NCBI GenBank assembly: GCA_963696385.1
Contig: CAVOKF010000003.1
Coordinates: 765,896 to 829,895 of the forward strand
DNA: 64,000 nt
From: an uncultured delta proteobacterium
Lineage (GTDB): Bacteria; Myxococcota_A; Polyangia; Polyangiales; Polyangiaceae
Reading direction: 5' to 3'
In this document: in pieces, positions 60,256 through 64,000 of the stretch
How positions within the stretch are numbered: position 1 is the stretch's first letter
Layout of the letters: each line of letters starts with the position of its first letter
Position numbers and translations under genes: made by a program
Notes under the pieces: model-generated
Told to the model about the DNA's origin: nothing
Seen by the model: the letters and a program-made list of their open reading frames with translations, nothing else
Database searches by the model: none

Positions 60256-60437
60256 GACGATGTCTCCTCTCATGGCGGATATGGATTGGGGTCGATCGTT
60301 TGGTTTGGCCCTGAAGCGGGCCCGCCGGATCTCCTCGAGATGCGCTCCCCGCCGGTCCCGCCATCCTCTTTTGGGGAAAACGAAACCGCCGAGGGGCTGC
60401 ACCGAACGAGCGAGGCGGCGCTTGCTTCCGAAGCCGC

Positions 60438-60944
60438 TCACGCCCGTGCCTCCGAGACGTGTCCCTCGGGCCTGTCCTCCTCGGACGCCGAGCCCGCGGC
60501 CTGCTCGATCACGAGCAGAAGCGATTGGCACGTCTGCTCGAGCTCTTGGCCGCTTACTTCGGTCGCGTTCAGTTCGAGGTGCAGATTGTGCAGTCGCTTT
60601 TCCAGGTCCTCGCAGGTCGCTCGGGCCGCAGCGAGTCCGACGCGCAGACGCCGGATGCTCTTTTCCTGCTCAGCCTTGATGATTTCGAGCTCGCGCGTGG
60701 CCTGCGCGAACTCGACCTGGAGCCAGTCGGCGAAGGCGCTCCGGTCGCGCTCGGCGATCTTGTTCCCCAGATTGCGAACGGCCTGTTTGAGCTCGGCGCA
60801 GTTGCAAAAAAGGCCGGTTTCGCGCTGACGGGCGTCAAGAAGCTCCGACTTCAGGGCCCGGAGCTGCTTTTGCACGGGTAACCGGGCGATGGAGTCGAGC
60901 GTTGCAAGAAAACTTTCGTACGAATCGGGAGGAAGGAAATTCAT
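60438..60944 (-). CDS. Coiled-coil hypothetical protein
   Basis: Heptad-rich ORF; AAGGAG RBS before ATG 60944. Confidence 0.6.
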   Translation of the reverse strand: MNFLPPDSYESFLATLDSIARLPVQKQLRALKSELLDARQRETGLFCNCAELKQAVRNLGNKIAERDRSAFADWLQVEFAQATRELEIIKAEQEKSIRRLRVGLAAARATCEDLEKRLHNLHLELNATEVSGQELEQTCQSLLLVIEQAAGSASEEDRPEGHVSEARA

Positions 60945-60958
60945 CGGCGGGCTCCTTT

Positions 60959-61263
60959 CGGCTTTTGGCAAGGGGAGGCTGTGCTGGCCTCGGGATCGAG
61001 GTCAGCTCGAAACGTCGTGATTTGGATGAACGGCGACTACGAGATTCGAAGCAATGTCGAAGCGTGGATTGCGCCTAAGCGATGAGCGAAGCGATCAAGC
61101 GAATCGAAAAAGAGAAGAAGGCATCCCCAGTTACATTTGGAAAGCGGCTTTTTGGCAATGAGAAGCCGCAATGACCTCGTGCATCGAGGTCAGCTCGAAA
61201 CGTCGTGATTTGGATGAAACAGCGACTACGAAAACAGCGACTACGGAATTCGAAGCAAGTGTC
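60959..61263. repeat. Two roughly 100-120-bp imperfect direct repeats with a perfect 36-bp core
   Basis: ATCGAGGTCAGCTCGAAACGTCGTGATTTGGATGAA at 60995-61030 and 61183-61218; flanks also similar; CGACTACG recurs four times. Confidence 0.85.
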
Positions 61264-61295
61264 TAAGACGCGAGCGCTCGGGCACTAAGCAACGA

Positions 61296-61958
61296 CTACG
61301 GACTCGAAGCAGAAGCAGACGGCGCGAAGGGCACCGTCGGAACGAGCAGCGAATCGGCCCCCGCGCCCTCTCGGGCCTCGGGGACGAAGATGGGGGCCTC
61401 CGCGACCGGCGGAGGGGTGGGCCGCTGGTGGCGGATCTCGAGGGTCGTAACGGCCGCGAAGTCGGGTAGGCCGATGGCACCCTCGTACCTGCGCAACACG
61501 CAGAGTCGATGAGCGGCCGAGGCCGGATGCGCGGCGCCGGCGGACGCACCCGTGGGCAGGACCCCGTGCCCATCGGAGGCTTTCTTCGGTGACGCCATCG
61601 GAATCCTATGGGCGGCGCACTCGAAATCGAACTGCGAAAGCTTGGCCGTGCCGACGGCGATATTGGTGCAGGGATCGAACGCCTCGGCGAGATTGCGCCC
61701 GAAGGCACTCAGCCACGCCGGGGGCACCTGCATGAGCCCAAGAAGCGGTCGGCCGCCATTGGCCAAGATGGATTTCGCGCGGACAAGGGCGTCGGCGGAC
61801 GTCTTGGGCATGGGCGGTGGGTCGAGCTGGCTCCCGTCGACGGACGCGTCGATGACGAAGTCCGGATTGGCTTCGCTCGTCGATTGGGCGATCGCGCGCA
61901 CGAGATCGTCGTCGGCCAGGTAAAGGCTGCAGCTGAGGATGGTCGTCAGAAGGTCCAT
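61296..61958 (-). CDS. VirB1-like lytic transglycosylase
   Basis: VRAIAQSTSEANP, LGLMQV, FDPCTNIAVG motifs of the VirB1/SLT family; downstream of traF. Confidence 0.75.
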   Translation of the reverse strand: MDLLTTILSCSLYLADDDLVRAIAQSTSEANPDFVIDASVDGSQLDPPPMPKTSADALVRAKSILANGGRPLLGLMQVPPAWLSAFGRNLAEAFDPCTNIAVGTAKLSQFDFECAAHRIPMASPKKASDGHGVLPTGASAGAAHPASAAHRLCVLRRYEGAIGLPDFAAVTTLEIRHQRPTPPPVAEAPIFVPEAREGAGADSLLVPTVPFAPSASASSP

Positions 61959-62497
61959 AGGGGGGTCACCGTTCCTCGGATGGCGCCAGCGGGAAGAGGT
62001 CCGAAGGTGCGCGAATCGAAGCTTTTCGCGTGATGCGAGGCGACGAAGAGCCAACCGTCTGGCACCGGTCCGCAGCCGTCGTAATGGGGCAGCGGACGGC
62101 CGACGGTGTCCTCGGTGAGAATGGCGCCGAGCGGTTGGTCGTTGACGGTGAACGTCGACCCCTCCGTACACACGCGATCGCCGGGCGTCGCGACGACGCG
62201 TTTGACAAGCATCGCGCCGGCGGGCAGGTAGCGGCGTTCGCGCACGAGATCGCGCACGGCGTCCGGCACGCCAAAGGCGACGAGAATTCCCGGTTTCGCG
62301 GCCGTCGCCAGCGCGCCGCGAGACAGCCAGTAGAGGCCGAGCGGCAGACTGGGCGTCGCGTTCCAGATCAGGTGCGAGGCGATTCGGCACGCCACCGCCG
62401 AAGCGAACGCCGTTACGGCCCCGACGAGCAGAAGCAAACGAGAAACATCGAGCGCGTTCACGGCGCGAGCGGGTCCGGAGTAGCGAGCGCTGCTCAT
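61946..62497 (-). CDS. traF: Conjugative transfer signal peptidase TraF (S26)
   Basis: WNATPSLPLGLY, LVKRVVATPGDRVC, SFDSRTFGP. Confidence 0.92.
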   Translation of the reverse strand: MSSARYSGPARAVNALDVSRLLLLVGAVTAFASAVACRIASHLIWNATPSLPLGLYWLSRGALATAAKPGILVAFGVPDAVRDLVRERRYLPAGAMLVKRVVATPGDRVCTEGSTFTVNDQPLGAILTEDTVGRPLPHYDGCGPVPDGWLFVASHHAKSFDSRTFGPLPAGAIRGTVTPLWTF

Positions 62498-63927
62498 GGG
62501 CGACCTCCCTGCGAAGTCGGATCGGGGTACGGCGGCAGAACGATGTCTTTCGTGACGATGACGTTGACGGCGTATCCGGGACGGATGGTGATGGTCGGCT
62601 GGACGTTGAGGTCGCGGCGCGTCAGCTGCTGGCCGACTTGATTGATGTTGCCGGCGGCGTTACCGGCCCACGTCTGGGCGACGGTCGGATTGAAGCTCGT
62701 CGTGTTTCCCGCCAAAGCTTGCGTCGTGCCCGCGAGCAAGGTCGCCACGGCGGCGCCCTTGATGATGCGAAACCAGTGCTCGTCGACCTGGTCGGTGAGG
62801 CCCGCCGCGCCGGCGAGGTCGGCGGCCGGCATGCACTGCAGGTTGAGCGAGTCGCCGTTGGGCAGAACGAGGCGATGCCAGCAGAGCAGCACCCGCTCTT
62901 GCCCCCACGAGACCATCGAGTCGTACTGAGCGAGCAGGCGACTGCCCTGCGGGATGAGCAGGTAGTTGCCGCTCACCGTGTCGTAGACGTTTTCGCGAAC
63001 CTGCCCGATGACGGGGCCCGGCAGATCGCTGTTGATCCCGGTGACGAGCACCGTCGGCAGAATCGTTCCGGCTTGCAGCTCGTAGGGACTGCGCGGATGC
63101 TGGGTCGTCGTTCCAAGCGAATCGCCGATTTTGTTGCCCCCACCGCCCAAGAACGCGTTTTTGCGTTCCTGCAGATTGGGATCGGACTCGGCGCCGGGCG
63201 AACCTGGGCCGTTCGACGGGGGCGCCGTCGGCATCAACGCCGGCAGTCGCGAGGCTTCGGCTGCGTGGTCGCCCTCTGCGGCGCCGGCCGGCGTCTCGAA
63301 CAGGATCGACGCGCCCTGGGCTTGCATGTCCCGCTCACGATCGGTGCGGTGTCGAACGTCTTCGGGTCGCGGGGCGCGTTCGACCGTTTCGCCGCGAAAT
63401 GGTCCCGCGTCGGGCCGGGGGCGCGAGACCGTCTGCGGCGCCGCCGAAGCGTTGCGGATGGCGTCGGGCACGACGGGAGGAGCAGTGACACCGCTCGGGG
63501 CCGGCCGCGTCTTGTCGGTGCTCGACGGAGATTGGAACGCAAACGCCACCGCGAGCATCGCGGCGCCGAGCACGCACGCCACCAGGACCACGATCGGACC
63601 GGTCCGAAGCGTGCGCGAGGCAGGGCGTCGAAGCCGCAGGCGCGGATCGTCGGGTGAGAGCTTAGGCGCGTGCGGATCGGTGGGCGCCGAGGGCATCTCC
63701 GCCCGAACTGCCGATGCCCCCGACTGCTTCGGTGCGCGCGGATCGGAAGTCTCCGCGGTCCCGGCAAGCGCAGAAGCGTCCGGATCGGCGGGACCCGACG
63801 GCATCTCCCTCCGGCTCGGCAGCTGCGATTCGGCGATAGGCCGCAGGGTGCCGCTGAGATGGGCGAGATTCGACGCGACGGGGGTCGCCGCCTGCAATGC
63901 GGTCTCGGGACGGGTCGGGGTCGTCAT
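62494..63927 (-). CDS. trbI: Conjugal transfer protein TrbI/VirB10
   Basis: SPYELQAGTILP..LVTGINSDLPG, LIPQGSRL, GLTDQVDEHW, QPTITIRPGY. Confidence 0.95.
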   Translation of the reverse strand: MTTPTRPETALQAATPVASNLAHLSGTLRPIAESQLPSRREMPSGPADPDASALAGTAETSDPRAPKQSGASAVRAEMPSAPTDPHAPKLSPDDPRLRLRRPASRTLRTGPIVVLVACVLGAAMLAVAFAFQSPSSTDKTRPAPSGVTAPPVVPDAIRNASAAPQTVSRPRPDAGPFRGETVERAPRPEDVRHRTDRERDMQAQGASILFETPAGAAEGDHAAEASRLPALMPTAPPSNGPGSPGAESDPNLQERKNAFLGGGGNKIGDSLGTTTQHPRSPYELQAGTILPTVLVTGINSDLPGPVIGQVRENVYDTVSGNYLLIPQGSRLLAQYDSMVSWGQERVLLCWHRLVLPNGDSLNLQCMPAADLAGAAGLTDQVDEHWFRIIKGAAVATLLAGTTQALAGNTTSFNPTVAQTWAGNAAGNINQVGQQLTRRDLNVQPTITIRPGYAVNVIVTKDIVLPPYPDPTSQGGRP

Positions 63928-64000
63928 AGCCCGGCTCCTGCATGGGTATTGGGCCGGGCCGCGTCGGGGCCCCGCTCAATCCGCACAATCTCTTGATCTC
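63924..64000 (-). CDS. C-terminal end of probable TrbG/VirB9 (partial)
   Basis: ...DQEIVRIERGPDAARPNTHAGAGL* with TGA overlapping the trbI ATG; position and QxxVRI ending fit trbG. Confidence 0.5.
   Translation of the reverse strand, partial: DQEIVRIERGPDAARPNTHAGAGL

Larger units (their letters stand above)
51441..64000 (-). mobile_element. Integrative conjugative element (partial) inserted at the tRNA-Leu(TAA) 3' end
   Basis: Integrases adjacent to the tRNA, Xis-like HTH, primase/helicase genes and trbG/trbI/traF/virB1-like genes, all on the minus strand. The far boundary lies outside the window. Confidence 0.85.

Noticed and set aside
60995..61218. 36-bp repeats with an internal dyad as a CRISPR array
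   Set aside because: Only two copies, a 152-bp interval, similarity extending beyond the 36-mer, and no cas genes.

Overview
High-GC DNA whose gene content and lipoprotein style suggest Myxococcota (Polyangiaceae-like; inference). There are three blocks. (1) About 1-35.2 kb: a large Wzy-type surface/exopolysaccharide locus with a priming glycosyltransferase, GT2/GT4 enzymes, a Wzy/O-antigen-ligase-like protein, gmd, an RMD-like reductase, UDP-GlcA decarboxylase, a WbpB/WbpE/WbpD-like amino-sugar module and many tailoring enzymes. It is interleaved with secreted lipoproteins and carries a pair of paralogous stand-alone receiver proteins. (2) About 35.4-51.3 kb: mostly housekeeping genes (Fpg/Nei, lon, xth, tsaB, RavA-like ATPase, M1 aminopeptidase, HemD-like). 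(3) From tRNA-Leu(TAA) at 51357-51440 to the window end: the left part of an integrative conjugative element. It has two tandem paralogous tyrosine recombinases, an excisionase-like HTH, ori-like repeats, Toprim and YfjI/DUF3987 replication genes, and VirB1/TraF/TrbI/TrbG-like transfer genes. The att-proximal integrase has a 1-nt insertion exactly in its catalytic Tyr codon, and its restored frame runs antisense through the target tRNA, as in Myxococcus phage Mx8. All calls come from motif recognition by eye; no database searches were run.
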